DNA from: Candidatus Heimdallarchaeota archaeon
GTDB taxonomy: Archaea > Asgardarchaeota > Heimdallarchaeia > JABLTI01
Direction: 5' to 3'
Assembly: GCA_019056785.1 (NCBI GenBank)
Contig: DXJV01000100.1
Location: 1-64,000 of the forward strand
DNA: 64,000 nucleotides
The translations under genes were made by a program, and so were the position numbers. Positions 19,603-29,658 of this stretch are shown piece after piece (within the stretch, counting starts at the first letter, position 1; the number at the start of each line of letters is the position of its first letter). The notes beneath the pieces were generated by a model. That model worked only from the letters and a program-made list of their open reading frames with translations, had not been told where the DNA came from and ran no database searches.

Positions 19603-20772
19603 ATGGCATTTTACCAGCATGAACCAAAAACGAATCTCATGACAACAACTACAACAAAGCAATTTATCTTCCATGTTGATTTAGATGCCTTTTTTGCAGC
19701 GGTAGAAATACGAGAGAACCCTTCACTGAAAGGAAAACCGGTTATGGTGGGGGGTGAGAAAGAAACAAAGAGGGGTGTTGTCACTACTTGTAATTATGAA
19801 GCGAGAAAATATGGTGTGCGCTCTGGGATGTCAGCAAAAGAAGCAATAGAGCTTTGCCCGGAGATAATCTGTATCCCTCGAGGAAACTATTCGCTTTACC
19901 GCCAAGTGTCAGATAATATTATGGACATTTTAAACTCCTATACCGAACAATTCAGAAGAGCATCGATTGATGAAGCATATCTCAACTTAACAGAAGCAGT
20001 TGTTAAGAAATGGCATGGCTATCCAATTCCTCTTGCACAGGAGATAAAAAAGGAGATTTATGAAGAGGAACGGATCACCTGTTCCATTGGCATTGGACCA
20101 AATACAACTATTGCTAAGATTGCCACGAGTAGGAACAAACCGGATGGAATCACTTATGTTACCCCAAAAGCCATACGAAAATTTCTCGCGCCATTACCAG
20201 TAAAAGCCATTAGTGGCATTGGACCAAAAACGGCAGAGCGATTAAAAAAGAAGCATCAAATTACAACTATAGGTCAAATTATCGCCCTGGGTACTGAGTT
20301 CGAAATGATCAGAAAATTTGGGCGATTGGGAAGCTTTTTTTATCGTGTCATCTCAGGAAAAGGAAGGACAATCATTGAACCGAAGAGCTCTTATGGTGCG
20401 AAATCAATCAGTAAAGGGCGAACGTTTTATGGAGAACTATTCGATGGGGAACCTCTAACTGTGGAACAAGTTCTGCCTAAATTAATAACACAAGTTTATG
20501 AACGAACTGTGAAAAAACGGTTCAGATATAAAACAATCACGCTTGATGTGCGCTTTCAAAGGACCTTTCAAAATGTTTCGAGAAGTAAGTCATTTTTAAC
20601 AGCCAATGATGACTTTGAACGGCTCCGAGAAACAACCTTTGAGCTCCTAAACGACATTCAAAAAGATTTTGAGGGAGAAGTGATAAGAAAGGTTGCTGTA
20701 AGGGTTTCGAATCTCCAACACGAAGACCCATTACAGAAACCACTTTCAGAATTCTTTACGAACGCCTCTTAA
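19603..20772 (+). CDS. dinB: DNA polymerase IV (Y-family)
   Basis: HVDLDAFFAAVE, NYEARKYGV, SIDEAY, AKIA...KPDG, GIG; PIP box QKPLSEFF. Confidence 0.96.
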   Translation: MAFYQHEPKTNLMTTTTTKQFIFHVDLDAFFAAVEIRENPSLKGKPVMVGGEKETKRGVVTTCNYEARKYGVRSGMSAKEAIELCPEIICIPRGNYSLYRQVSDNIMDILNSYTEQFRRASIDEAYLNLTEAVVKKWHGYPIPLAQEIKKEIYEEERITCSIGIGPNTTIAKIATSRNKPDGITYVTPKAIRKFLAPLPVKAISGIGPKTAERLKKKHQITTIGQIIALGTEFEMIRKFGRLGSFFYRVISGKGRTIIEPKSSYGAKSISKGRTFYGELFDGEPLTVEQVLPKLITQVYERTVKKRFRYKTITLDVRFQRTFQNVSRSKSFLTANDDFERLRETTFELLNDIQKDFEGEVIRKVAVRVSNLQHEDPLQKPLSEFFTNAS

Positions 20773-22669
20773 AGTTTCGTAAAGAAGGGCGTCTCCACTT
20801 TCTGAAAAGAAGAACGATAAGACCGCCAATTAAGATTGAGATTAGAGGGAGGGGTGTTTCTGGTGTGAGAAAAACAACTTCGGTCTGCAAAGGCGTTTGA
20901 TAAAAAGTCCGGAGGAGAAGCATGTTTCGTGCCAGATAAACAGTCGCACTATCAGTTTTATTTGTGAGAGTGAAGGATAAAGTCGTTTTGCTGCCGTTGA
21001 TCCAAACGGTTGTGACAAGCTTTTCAAAGGGTGTTATAATTTCTAGTGGGAGAGGAAGTTGATACCAATCCTTCTCGGCATTTGTAACTTTGATCGTAAT
21101 TGTGAGGCCATCTTGGGAGCTTGCAGTTAATGATAATTTAGGTAAGCCTGTTTTAAAGTACCATTGATCAAAAAACCAAGTAAGGTTCTGGTGAGACACA
21201 GAGGAAAAAATTGAGGTGAAGTCCTTGAAAAAGAGGTTACTACCAGCAAATGTTTGATAAATCACTTGAAGACAGGCGAGAAATGTTTCTGTGCCCAAGT
21301 AATTTTCCAACATTTTTAACACGACAAAACCTTTGTCATAAACAGTGTAAAAATATGGCAGGCTGTCACCAAAGGAGGTCCAATATGCCATTGAAGAGCC
21401 GAGTTTGAAATCGCCTTTGTCTAATGAGTATGCCTCATAAACTTTATAGCGGTACGCTGTTTTTTCTTTGGCATCATCTGTCCGATTTTGAGCCTCTAAG
21501 AAATAAATGGAAGTCCAGACAGCAAAAGGTTCATCGATAAAAGGTTCGAGATAACTATTTGTCCCTAAAATGAATGGAAAATACTGATGAGCAATTTCAT
21601 GGACAATGACTTCTTCCCAATAGAGAAAATTAGAGCCATTATAATAAGTATTATGAGCGATTAAAACCAGACCAGGATACTCCATCCCACCACCACCTGG
21701 AAAAGTCACAATGGCAAGGGTTTCCCAAATATATGGACCAAATGCAGAAGAATAAATTTCAAGTGCTTGTCGGCCCATTTCAGTCGCAAGTTTACCACGA
21801 TACTCAAGCTCTTCATCGTCAAAATAATAGGACGTAATCGTTGTACCATTCCAGGTAGTGGAAGACTTGGCAAAATCGGGGCTCGCTGCAAAAGCAAGGT
21901 CACGTATCGTTACTTTCTCGTAAATGATCGTTTTTTTCACGCCCACAACTTGAGTTTTAACTGGTAAAGAACACGCCACCTGGAAGGTTTTTGGTACAGT
22001 TAAAATCATTTCATAAGAACTCATATCATAATAGAAAGACTCACCCATAAAGGAATAGGGGCTTCTATCCCAACCATTTTGGTCATAAACTGCTAAAACC
22101 GGGTACCAATTTGTTAAATAATAAGCTTCATAGGGAGAAAGAATATAACCAAACCTGTCCTCCAACTGCGGGATAGTAGTAGTGAAGTCAATTGTGATGA
22201 TAACGCTCTTAAGAGGGAGTAAGGTTGCATTCAAATTTATTTCAAGAATAGTATCAGTAATTTGATGACTACTCGAGTTGAGCTGATCGCCCTCTACTTG
22301 TAAAGTATTAATCACAATATCGCCACCATAAGAAACAAATGCCTTGGGGTGAACATGAAAAACAAGCTGGCTAAGAGGAACATTCTCTGTATTAGTATAA
22401 TTTACAACCAGAACACCCGAAATGGAGGCAGTAGCAACATCTAATTCAACAGTAAAAAAGTAACTATTAATAATTGTAGGAGTCTTTGGTTTCACTGAGT
22501 TTCTTAAGGAGGGGGCTTGTTCTTTCTTGGTTGATGTGGCAGATGAAATAATGGAGATACTTTTCCCATGACTGGATAATTGAACAAACATCACGCCCAT
22601 AAACAGTAAAACAAAGAAAAATCCAATAATTTGTCTTTCTGATTTTTTCTGCATTTCTCTAAAACACAC
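20756..22669 (-). CDS. Secreted, membrane-anchored M1 family aminopeptidase
   Basis: GGMEYPG, HEIAHQ...DE, YDKG; N-terminal signal and C-terminal TM plus basic tail. Confidence 0.92.
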   Translation of the reverse strand: MCFREMQKKSERQIIGFFFVLLFMGVMFVQLSSHGKSISIISSATSTKKEQAPSLRNSVKPKTPTIINSYFFTVELDVATASISGVLVVNYTNTENVPLSQLVFHVHPKAFVSYGGDIVINTLQVEGDQLNSSSHQITDTILEINLNATLLPLKSVIITIDFTTTIPQLEDRFGYILSPYEAYYLTNWYPVLAVYDQNGWDRSPYSFMGESFYYDMSSYEMILTVPKTFQVACSLPVKTQVVGVKKTIIYEKVTIRDLAFAASPDFAKSSTTWNGTTITSYYFDDEELEYRGKLATEMGRQALEIYSSAFGPYIWETLAIVTFPGGGGMEYPGLVLIAHNTYYNGSNFLYWEEVIVHEIAHQYFPFILGTNSYLEPFIDEPFAVWTSIYFLEAQNRTDDAKEKTAYRYKVYEAYSLDKGDFKLGSSMAYWTSFGDSLPYFYTVYDKGFVVLKMLENYLGTETFLACLQVIYQTFAGSNLFFKDFTSIFSSVSHQNLTWFFDQWYFKTGLPKLSLTASSQDGLTITIKVTNAEKDWYQLPLPLEIITPFEKLVTTVWINGSKTTLSFTLTNKTDSATVYLARNMLLLRTFYQTPLQTEVVFLTPETPLPLISILIGGLIVLLFRKWRRPSLRNFKRRS

Positions 22670-22685
22670 TCACTCTATTTTTTTG

Positions 22686-23213
22686 TCAAATGGTTTCTTT
22701 TCCTTTAGCAATGCCATAACGCACTTTGACGGCAACGCCTTTCTGAAAAGCAAGCATGTACGAAGCTGAAAGTTTTGCTCGTCCGACAGCTAAAAGCTCG
22801 TCTTCTTCAGAAACAACGATAACCTCATCTTCTGGCAAAATTTCAGGGTCAACTGAAACAACGTGTTTTGCAAAGACATTACGACCAGCAGCAATGAATT
22901 CAGCAACATCGGATTGGATTATTACTCGCCGTTTTGGGCTCGAGACAAAAACAAGTACACGCTTTGCCCCCTCTAATCCAAGGGAGAAGAGCCCATCCTG
23001 TGCACGTAATGTAGCTAACCGTTTGCCGTCAAGAAGCACTTCACGAACCTTTTTAGTCGCTCTCGAAAAAGTAACTTGAATGGTATCAGGGGCCAATGCT
23101 TCAGCAAACTCGGGGCCAAATTGATATTGGGCGATAGTTTTTAATTGCCGGAGGGTCCAACCATCGGGTGATTGAGCATTCTTTGTTTTTGATGGCACTT
23201 GAAATTTCTCCAA
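22686..23213 (-). CDS. PUA-domain protein (C-terminal module of archaeosine tRNA-guanine transglycosylase type)
   Basis: IAQYQFG, SRATKKVR, LATLRAQDG, GRNVFAKHV, GVAVKVR. Confidence 0.85.
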   Translation of the reverse strand: MEKFQVPSKTKNAQSPDGWTLRQLKTIAQYQFGPEFAEALAPDTIQVTFSRATKKVREVLLDGKRLATLRAQDGLFSLGLEGAKRVLVFVSSPKRRVIIQSDVAEFIAAGRNVFAKHVVSVDPEILPEDEVIVVSEEDELLAVGRAKLSASYMLAFQKGVAVKVRYGIAKGKETI

Positions 23214-23248
23214 AGAGAACTACCATATGCTCCCTTTTTATTTTAACC

Positions 23249-24115
23249 TTATTTCTTGGAAATCCGAACGTCCAACACGATATGCTCTATCCCAGGGGCA
23301 TATTTTTTCACTATTCGCCGAGAAAGAATAGTAACAGCAGCCTTTTCCAGCATTGCAGCATTGTGAATACGATTAATAGGCCGTTGTACGGCAGTAGCTT
23401 TGTTAGGAACAGCTTCATGATAATGAATTATTCCCCCATCCCTACAAAGGCGGATCGCCAAGCGTATTTGTTCCTCGCTCGAGAACAAATAACCTACAAG
23501 AACGCGATCGGCAACATCTCTATATCGTGGAAGGGTTGTGCAATTGTCGCCAAAGACAGGTTCAACAATACTTTCTACTTTATTTAATTGGATATTCTCT
23601 TGTAAATAGTGAAATGCCAGAGGATTAATTTCTGCTGCAATGAGTTTTTTAGGCGAGTTATTTACCGCTAAGGGGAGAGAGAGATTACCAACACAACTGA
23701 ACATATCAATGATAATCTCACCGGGCGAAGTTATTTGCACCAGTCGGGTTCGTTCACCATGATTCCCAGGCGAGAACGTTAATTTAGCGGCATCAAGTTT
23801 GAATAAACAGCCAAGCTCCTTATGTATGGTTTCAGTATTAGGATCGCCCGCGAGTAAGTGGTATTGCGGTTCGCGAATGATGGCTGTTGTAGGACCGATC
23901 TTTCCAAGAACAGAGCGAACAGGTTTAGAAAGGACTTGCAAAAATGCCTTACCGATGATTTCACCATAGGGAATTAATTCTCGAGGCAAAGAAAAAAGTA
24001 CAATGTCACCTAAAAACCACCATCTTTTTGGCAAAGACTCGAGTAACTGCTCTGGAATATGAGGGGCTAAAAAGCTTTTTAGTTGAATTATTGTGGCATT
24101 ATTCGCTTTCGTCAA
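23249..24115 (-). CDS. Trm5/Taw2 (Met-10+) family SAM-dependent tRNA modification enzyme
   Basis: GDIV, HKELGCLFKLD...FSPGNHGERTR, DMFSCVG, EINP, HYHE, VKKYAPG. Confidence 0.9.
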   Translation of the reverse strand: MTKANNATIIQLKSFLAPHIPEQLLESLPKRWWFLGDIVLFSLPRELIPYGEIIGKAFLQVLSKPVRSVLGKIGPTTAIIREPQYHLLAGDPNTETIHKELGCLFKLDAAKLTFSPGNHGERTRLVQITSPGEIIIDMFSCVGNLSLPLAVNNSPKKLIAAEINPLAFHYLQENIQLNKVESIVEPVFGDNCTTLPRYRDVADRVLVGYLFSSEEQIRLAIRLCRDGGIIHYHEAVPNKATAVQRPINRIHNAAMLEKAAVTILSRRIVKKYAPGIEHIVLDVRISKK

Positions 24116-24614
24116 CGTTCTTCCTCAGAAAATCCGCAAGTAATTTGCTCAGAAAGGTAACGCTTTCTTTTACCTTAGGAGTCATTTCTTCAAGATAACT
24201 TAAGGACTGGGGTTCAATGCCGATGAAGAAGGCTTTAAGATGTTTGAGGAAATGGCGAAGATATTTAAGATACATCTTCATGGATGTTTTATGCGGGGTG
24301 ATCATAAACGCGTCATCAATATCTTTCTCTGTAAAGACGCGGATGGTTCCAGGAGATTCACCCATATTTGCGGCGTCGATAATAATTAAATAATCCGGGC
24401 GTTCTTTTTTTATAACACCGGTGAAGGCTTCAGGAACAGGACCGCTATTTAAGATAACAATGTTCTTCGGGAAAGAATAATTTTGTAACTCGTCCAGGAC
24501 AGCCCCCCCAACGTAATCATCGGAACGGTCAAAGTTTCCAATGCCAAGAAGGCAAATTTTTTTCTCAAGGTTGATTTTCTTCAACTTTTTCCAATTTATA
24601 ACTTTTTGTGGCAT
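24099..24614 (-). CDS. Hydrogenase maturation protease (HycI-like)
   Basis: LGIGNFDRSDD, VPE, IIDAA...PG, TPH, GIEP. Confidence 0.88.
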   Translation of the reverse strand: MPQKVINWKKLKKINLEKKICLLGIGNFDRSDDYVGGAVLDELQNYSFPKNIVILNSGPVPEAFTGVIKKERPDYLIIIDAANMGESPGTIRVFTEKDIDDAFMITPHKTSMKMYLKYLRHFLKHLKAFFIGIEPQSLSYLEEMTPKVKESVTFLSKLLADFLRKNVDESE

Positions 24615-24647
24615 TTACAACACCTGAAATAAAAGGGGGAATCTAAG

Positions 24648-26234
24648 TCATAGGAATTTTGGCCCTTCAGGGAGCTTATCAATGTATTTCAGAACTTTGC
24701 TAGGCCAAGCATCGACTTTTGTTCCCTTTTGAGCGACAAAAGCTGAAATATATCGTTCAAAACTACCACCGCCACAACCTGACCAAACCTCTTTGCCTGA
24801 TTGCGATTTCACAGTAAAGCTTTTTGGATATTTCTGACCGATTATTGAAACATTCTGTGTCTCCAACCAATGGCTGGTTTCACGCATGCCACGATAAGGC
24901 ATATAGACTTCAAAATCGATTGTACCTACTCTGTCAAATGTTTGGAGGGTGACTTGCTCCTCTTCAGTGTCAGCAACACCTTCTTGGCTGGTCCACCAAG
25001 GAGTAACCCATGCTTCCTGGAATTCTAGGTCAAGTATCTCCCCCAGAATCTTACGAAAACGGAGACGCAATTTTTGAGCAATGGTTTTAATTTGCTCCGG
25101 AAAACCAATGTAAAGTGTCTCGATACGATGTAACTCATCTACACGTTCAAACCCATGTGCAGCCCCACTTTCGTAGCGGTAAGTTGGCCCGGACCAATCG
25201 TAAACGAAAATGGGAAAACTATCATCAGCAATGGTTTTGCCTTGGAGGTAGATCCAAAACGGTGGGCACTGAGCGAAACTTAATCCGCCTATTGGAGGGC
25301 GAAGTTTCTCCATAATCTTCTCGGGTTCAACTTCGAGGGTAATGCGGTAATAATCTGCAATTTCTTCCCAAAACTCAGGGTCGGCGGTTTTCGGTGTGCA
25401 AACAAAGTACGGTTCAAAACCCCCTTGGTAAATGCCAGAAAGATGCCCACTTCGTTTCCAAATATCCCATGGAACAACCTTTGGAAAGATCATATTCTTA
25501 AAACTTAGGGGCTTATAGAGATGTTCAATCATAATTTGTTTTAAGGCTTCTGCTAAAGCAGTTATTTGTGGGCCAAAAATCCATTGGTTACGATAACCGG
25601 TTCTTTGGATCCAACCCTCTTTTATCATTAACTCCGTAGGATTATCTGTGCAACGAATCTCCTTTTTGGGGGAGCTCCAAATAACAAGATGGTGTTCATC
25701 CTTCCCACGAATCATTTCCTCAATAACTTTGTTTCTAACCAACTTTACTAATCTATCAATAGCGCCTTTTTCAATAAAGTCTATTGGGATGTTCTTTTGA
25801 AGGGTGACCGTAGCAGATGTATCTGAAAATTTAATGGAGGAAACAAAAGGAAGAGAGAATTCTTTCATGGGCCGGCGGGGGATATCAACATCGATTTTAT
25901 AAGATTTAATGACAATACCACTTATCCCAAGACGAAATTCACGGCCCAGTTTTTGGCTGAAAAATTTGCGCATTCGTAAAAGAGCATGATGGGGGGGCAA
26001 AATGCCACCACTAGTCATTGTAAACTGGAGCTCATCCTCTTTCTCAGAACGAGAAACAACAGACCATTTTGTGACCCGAGAAATTTCAGGGAGATCTTTC
26101 TTTTTAATTCCTTTCTCGAGTAAAGCTTGCAATTCAGTAAGCCACTGGTCGATTAAACTCTTGGCGGTTGCAGGAAGCTTTCCCCGGATAATAAAACTAA
26201 ATTTGAGATGATACCGCATTGATTTGTTCCTCAA
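24648..26234 (-). CDS. serS: Serine--tRNA ligase, methanogen-type
   Basis: AQCPPF, DWSGPTYRYESG...ERVDELHRIE, WLETQN, WSGCGGGSFER. Confidence 0.93.
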   Translation of the reverse strand: MRNKSMRYHLKFSFIIRGKLPATAKSLIDQWLTELQALLEKGIKKKDLPEISRVTKWSVVSRSEKEDELQFTMTSGGILPPHHALLRMRKFFSQKLGREFRLGISGIVIKSYKIDVDIPRRPMKEFSLPFVSSIKFSDTSATVTLQKNIPIDFIEKGAIDRLVKLVRNKVIEEMIRGKDEHHLVIWSSPKKEIRCTDNPTELMIKEGWIQRTGYRNQWIFGPQITALAEALKQIMIEHLYKPLSFKNMIFPKVVPWDIWKRSGHLSGIYQGGFEPYFVCTPKTADPEFWEEIADYYRITLEVEPEKIMEKLRPPIGGLSFAQCPPFWIYLQGKTIADDSFPIFVYDWSGPTYRYESGAAHGFERVDELHRIETLYIGFPEQIKTIAQKLRLRFRKILGEILDLEFQEAWVTPWWTSQEGVADTEEEQVTLQTFDRVGTIDFEVYMPYRGMRETSHWLETQNVSIIGQKYPKSFTVKSQSGKEVWSGCGGGSFERYISAFVAQKGTKVDAWPSKVLKYIDKLPEGPKFL

Positions 26235-26291
26235 AATCTTAGACAGTGAAGAGAAGATAAATCTTTCTAGTTCTCTAAAACAAAAGGGAAA

Positions 26292-27239
26292 CTAAAGAAA
26301 GACAAAGATAAGTGGTGGGAGGAAAAATAATAAGGTCATGATGAAGAACACCAAACTGTACCAAAGGCGACGTCTTCGTCGAATGTCAAAATAGAGAGCA
26401 TTTGTACGCATTTCTGCAAGGCGCTCAAAGGAGAAGGGGACAAGCTGCGGTTCATCCTCTTGCCCGGGAAAGAAGATGTTGATAGAGGTGTGTTTATCGA
26501 GTTTTACTTTTTCTATAACGCCTTTTTCTTTCCGCTTTGGATCAAAAATGATTTTCACTTTATCAGTGAAATCGCGATAAATAACAGGGAAAAAGACAAC
26601 AGCACCAATTTTTAGGCCTTTGCGTTTAATATTAAGCTCATCATAGGTTTTCTTTTTGACCGCGAAAAGTAACTTGCGTGATTGGAGGGAAACCATCCAT
26701 GCTTCAATAACAATCTGTTTCGTTTTCTTTTCTCCCACAAGAAAATCCTCGAGTTTGATATAAAATAATCCTTCTTTAGTTAGAGAAAGAAGCCGGTTAA
26801 AAAGAACCTCATTATCTTTATCGTAAATGGTAATCTCTATCTCATTATCCATACATTGTTCAATAACATAACCGGTGATGAATAACCCCTTACCGACAAC
26901 TGTTGCATCACTCGGAGCGATGATTCGAATTGGAATGGTTCTTTGCCCGCCCCATACGCCAAAAATACCACCAATGAATAACGCAAGCCCACCGTCAATC
27001 ATAAGGAGAATAGTCGACCAATAATAGAAATCATTGGAGGAGTTAGAATGAACCTGAATTACTCGAGCCAAACCTAAGCTTGCACCATAAATAACAAGCA
27101 TAATACCAAACAGAATCAGAGCAATCTTGTAGAAGGGCATTGGTGGTTTGACTTTTTTCTCCTCTTTTAACGCAAGTTTCAGCTTATCTTTCTTGCGTTC
27201 TTCAGCATCTTTAAAGGCATCTAAATCCAGGCGGGGCAT
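26292..27239 (-). CDS. Hypothetical membrane protein
   Basis: 315-aa ORF with two N-terminal TMs and one C-terminal TM. Confidence 0.7.
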   Translation of the reverse strand: MPRLDLDAFKDAEERKKDKLKLALKEEKKVKPPMPFYKIALILFGIMLVIYGASLGLARVIQVHSNSSNDFYYWSTILLMIDGGLALFIGGIFGVWGGQRTIPIRIIAPSDATVVGKGLFITGYVIEQCMDNEIEITIYDKDNEVLFNRLLSLTKEGLFYIKLEDFLVGEKKTKQIVIEAWMVSLQSRKLLFAVKKKTYDELNIKRKGLKIGAVVFFPVIYRDFTDKVKIIFDPKRKEKGVIEKVKLDKHTSINIFFPGQEDEPQLVPFSFERLAEMRTNALYFDIRRRRRLWYSLVFFIMTLLFFLPPLIFVFL

Positions 27240-27386
27240 GTTAAAACCTCACGTTTATCAGAATTTGCTATGCTTAATAAATTTTGATTACCTTCGGAAA
27301 TTAAGAGAAAAACAGGAAATCCTTGAAAGAAAAATTCAACCTTAAATGGTTTCAAGATGAACGGCGACCCTTTAGATACAGGATGA

Positions 27387-28091
27387 TTAACGATTAATGA
27401 GAATTTCACAGAGAACATGAGAAGAACCGATATCGAAATTTGTTGCCCCATATGAAGACAAAAACTCTACAAGCGACTCTCGGTTCAGCCAGCCTGCTTT
27501 TGCGCGTTGTTTATTAAAACCATCTTTGTCAAGAATGTGCCTACTAATCAACTCAGTAAGAGTTTTGAAGACACCGTTTCCTCTCTCAAAACAAGCAGCA
27601 ATGAGAATTTTTTGTCGAGCACAACGGATGGCATTTTGGATGAGAAGAGGATGATAGGGGGTAACGTGATGGAGGACATCAGAAAGGACTACAGTGTCGG
27701 CTTTAAAGCCGGACAGATCACCAAGGATGTCACGTTTATAATAATAGCCGGAAAACTTTCGGGCAGCATATGATAAAAAAACCTCATTAAGATCAACGCC
27801 TATATAATCAAGTTCTGCTGGCAGAAATTTTCGTAAAAGTGCTGTACCACACCCAAGGTCAAGAACCGAATTCCCTGCAACACGACTTGCTAATGCTTTT
27901 GGAATCTTTTGTTGGGGGTCGTTCATCCAAATAGAAAAGTTGTAAATGACCGGATGTTGATACATCAAACCAAAATTCCAGCGCTCACGGAATGACAGGC
28001 GCTTTCGTTTATGACGAGATGGGCCAGTTTCAAAGCCCGTGCCAGGATGGCAAGCATGTGTTATCGTCGGTGTCAAGGAAAGATCACTCAT
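27387..28091 (-). CDS. Class I SAM-dependent methyltransferase
   Basis: VLDLGCGT, GVDLN, DVLHH. Confidence 0.88.
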   Translation of the reverse strand: MSDLSLTPTITHACHPGTGFETGPSRHKRKRLSFRERWNFGLMYQHPVIYNFSIWMNDPQQKIPKALASRVAGNSVLDLGCGTALLRKFLPAELDYIGVDLNEVFLSYAARKFSGYYYKRDILGDLSGFKADTVVLSDVLHHVTPYHPLLIQNAIRCARQKILIAACFERGNGVFKTLTELISRHILDKDGFNKQRAKAGWLNRESLVEFLSSYGATNFDIGSSHVLCEILINR

Positions 28092-28221
28092 TTACTATGA
28101 CCACATCTAATGTTTTCTTCAATGATTAGACAAAGCTTTTTGTTTATATACTTCTAAATTGTTATAGAAAAAGAAACATCTAAGAAGAGTTTTTAACTGA
28201 AAGACATGAGAGAAGTTCAAA

Positions 28222-29658
28222 ATGAAAGACAAACATAAAATTTCTGTTTTCGGAACTGGCTTTGTTGGGCTTGTCACCGCAGCAGTTTTTGCAGATAAAG
28301 GCTGGAGGGTCATTGCGGTTGACATAGATAAGGAAAAAGTAGAGAAAGTAAATAACGGAGAGCCGTTTTTTTATGAACCAAATTTAGAATCGCTTTTAAA
28401 AAGGGCAGTATTTGAGCAAAAAACGCTAACAGCAACTACAAAGCAACAAGAAAGTGTTTTGGAGACTAGTATGACATTTATTTGTGTAGGTACACCCACT
28501 AGGAAGGATGGTAGTTGCAATTTAGACTTTGTTCGAGCTGTCACACAAACAATTGGCAAAGCACTTGCAAAGAAAAAAGACTATCATTTAGTGGTGGTAA
28601 AGTCAACCGTTGTTCCTGAAACAACACGAAAAGTGGTTTTGCCCCTGTTGGAGAAAACATCCGGAAAAAAAGTTGGAAAGGATTTTGGTTTGTGCATGAA
28701 CCCCGAGTTTTTACGAGAAGGGCAGAGCATCCATGACACCATTTTTCCGGATAGAATTATCGTTGGTGAAATTGATGAACGCTCCGGAGAAACGCTAGCA
28801 AACCTCTATGCACAACTCTACGACGAGAAAAGCGATGCTTTTAACTCCTTTTGGAGCCAGATCTATGGGAAAAAGCCACAAAAACCTCCAATTAAACGAT
28901 ATTCACTCGAGACAGCGGAGCTGATAAAATATGCAAACAATTGTTTTTTGGCAACAAAGATCTCATTTGTAAACGAACTAGCTAATATCTGTGAACAGAC
29001 GCCCGGAGCAGATATAAAGGATATTGCTGATGCCATGGGATTAGATTTTCGAATCAACCCACACTTTCTCAAAGCAGGGGCGGGTTTTGGGGGCTCTTGC
29101 TTTCCGAAAGATGTCGGAGCGATTATTAGTTATGCCCTTGCCAGAAATTATCAACCAAACCTACTAGAAAGTGTCCTTGCTGTGAATGCTTTTCAAGCAC
29201 AACACATGGTAGAATTGGTAGAGAAAGAGCTAGGGGCACTTAAGGGAATGACCATTGCCCTTCTTGGATTGTCATTTAAACCGGGAACTGATGACATGCG
29301 AAATGCCCCATCATTAACAATCATTGAGTTATTACGTGCCAAACAAGCAAAAGTTATTGCTTGGGACCCCAAGGCCATAAAGGAAGCACGAAAGGAAGAA
29401 TGGCTTGGAGAGAAAATCACTTATGCTACTTCTCTTAAGGAAGCCCTCACAGCTGCTGATGCCTGTTTATTAGTAACGGATTGGCCGGAGTTCAAAACAT
29501 TAACGCCAGTTGATTTTAAATGCATGCGACAGAAAATCCTTATCGATGGGCGACGAATTTATGACCCTGCAGAATTTTTAAAAGCAGGAATTCACTACCG
29601 AGGAATTGGGCTTGGAATGAAAGAAAATGGGAATAAAAATTCACAAGGAGAACAATAA
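28222..29658 (+). CDS. ugd: UDP-glucose/GDP-mannose 6-dehydrogenase
   Basis: GTGFVG, CVGTP, KSTV, NPEFLREG, GFGGSCFPKD, FKPGTDDMR, DGRR. Confidence 0.95.
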   Translation: MKDKHKISVFGTGFVGLVTAAVFADKGWRVIAVDIDKEKVEKVNNGEPFFYEPNLESLLKRAVFEQKTLTATTKQQESVLETSMTFICVGTPTRKDGSCNLDFVRAVTQTIGKALAKKKDYHLVVVKSTVVPETTRKVVLPLLEKTSGKKVGKDFGLCMNPEFLREGQSIHDTIFPDRIIVGEIDERSGETLANLYAQLYDEKSDAFNSFWSQIYGKKPQKPPIKRYSLETAELIKYANNCFLATKISFVNELANICEQTPGADIKDIADAMGLDFRINPHFLKAGAGFGGSCFPKDVGAIISYALARNYQPNLLESVLAVNAFQAQHMVELVEKELGALKGMTIALLGLSFKPGTDDMRNAPSLTIIELLRAKQAKVIAWDPKAIKEARKEEWLGEKITYATSLKEALTAADACLLVTDWPEFKTLTPVDFKCMRQKILIDGRRIYDPAEFLKAGIHYRGIGLGMKENGNKNSQGEQ

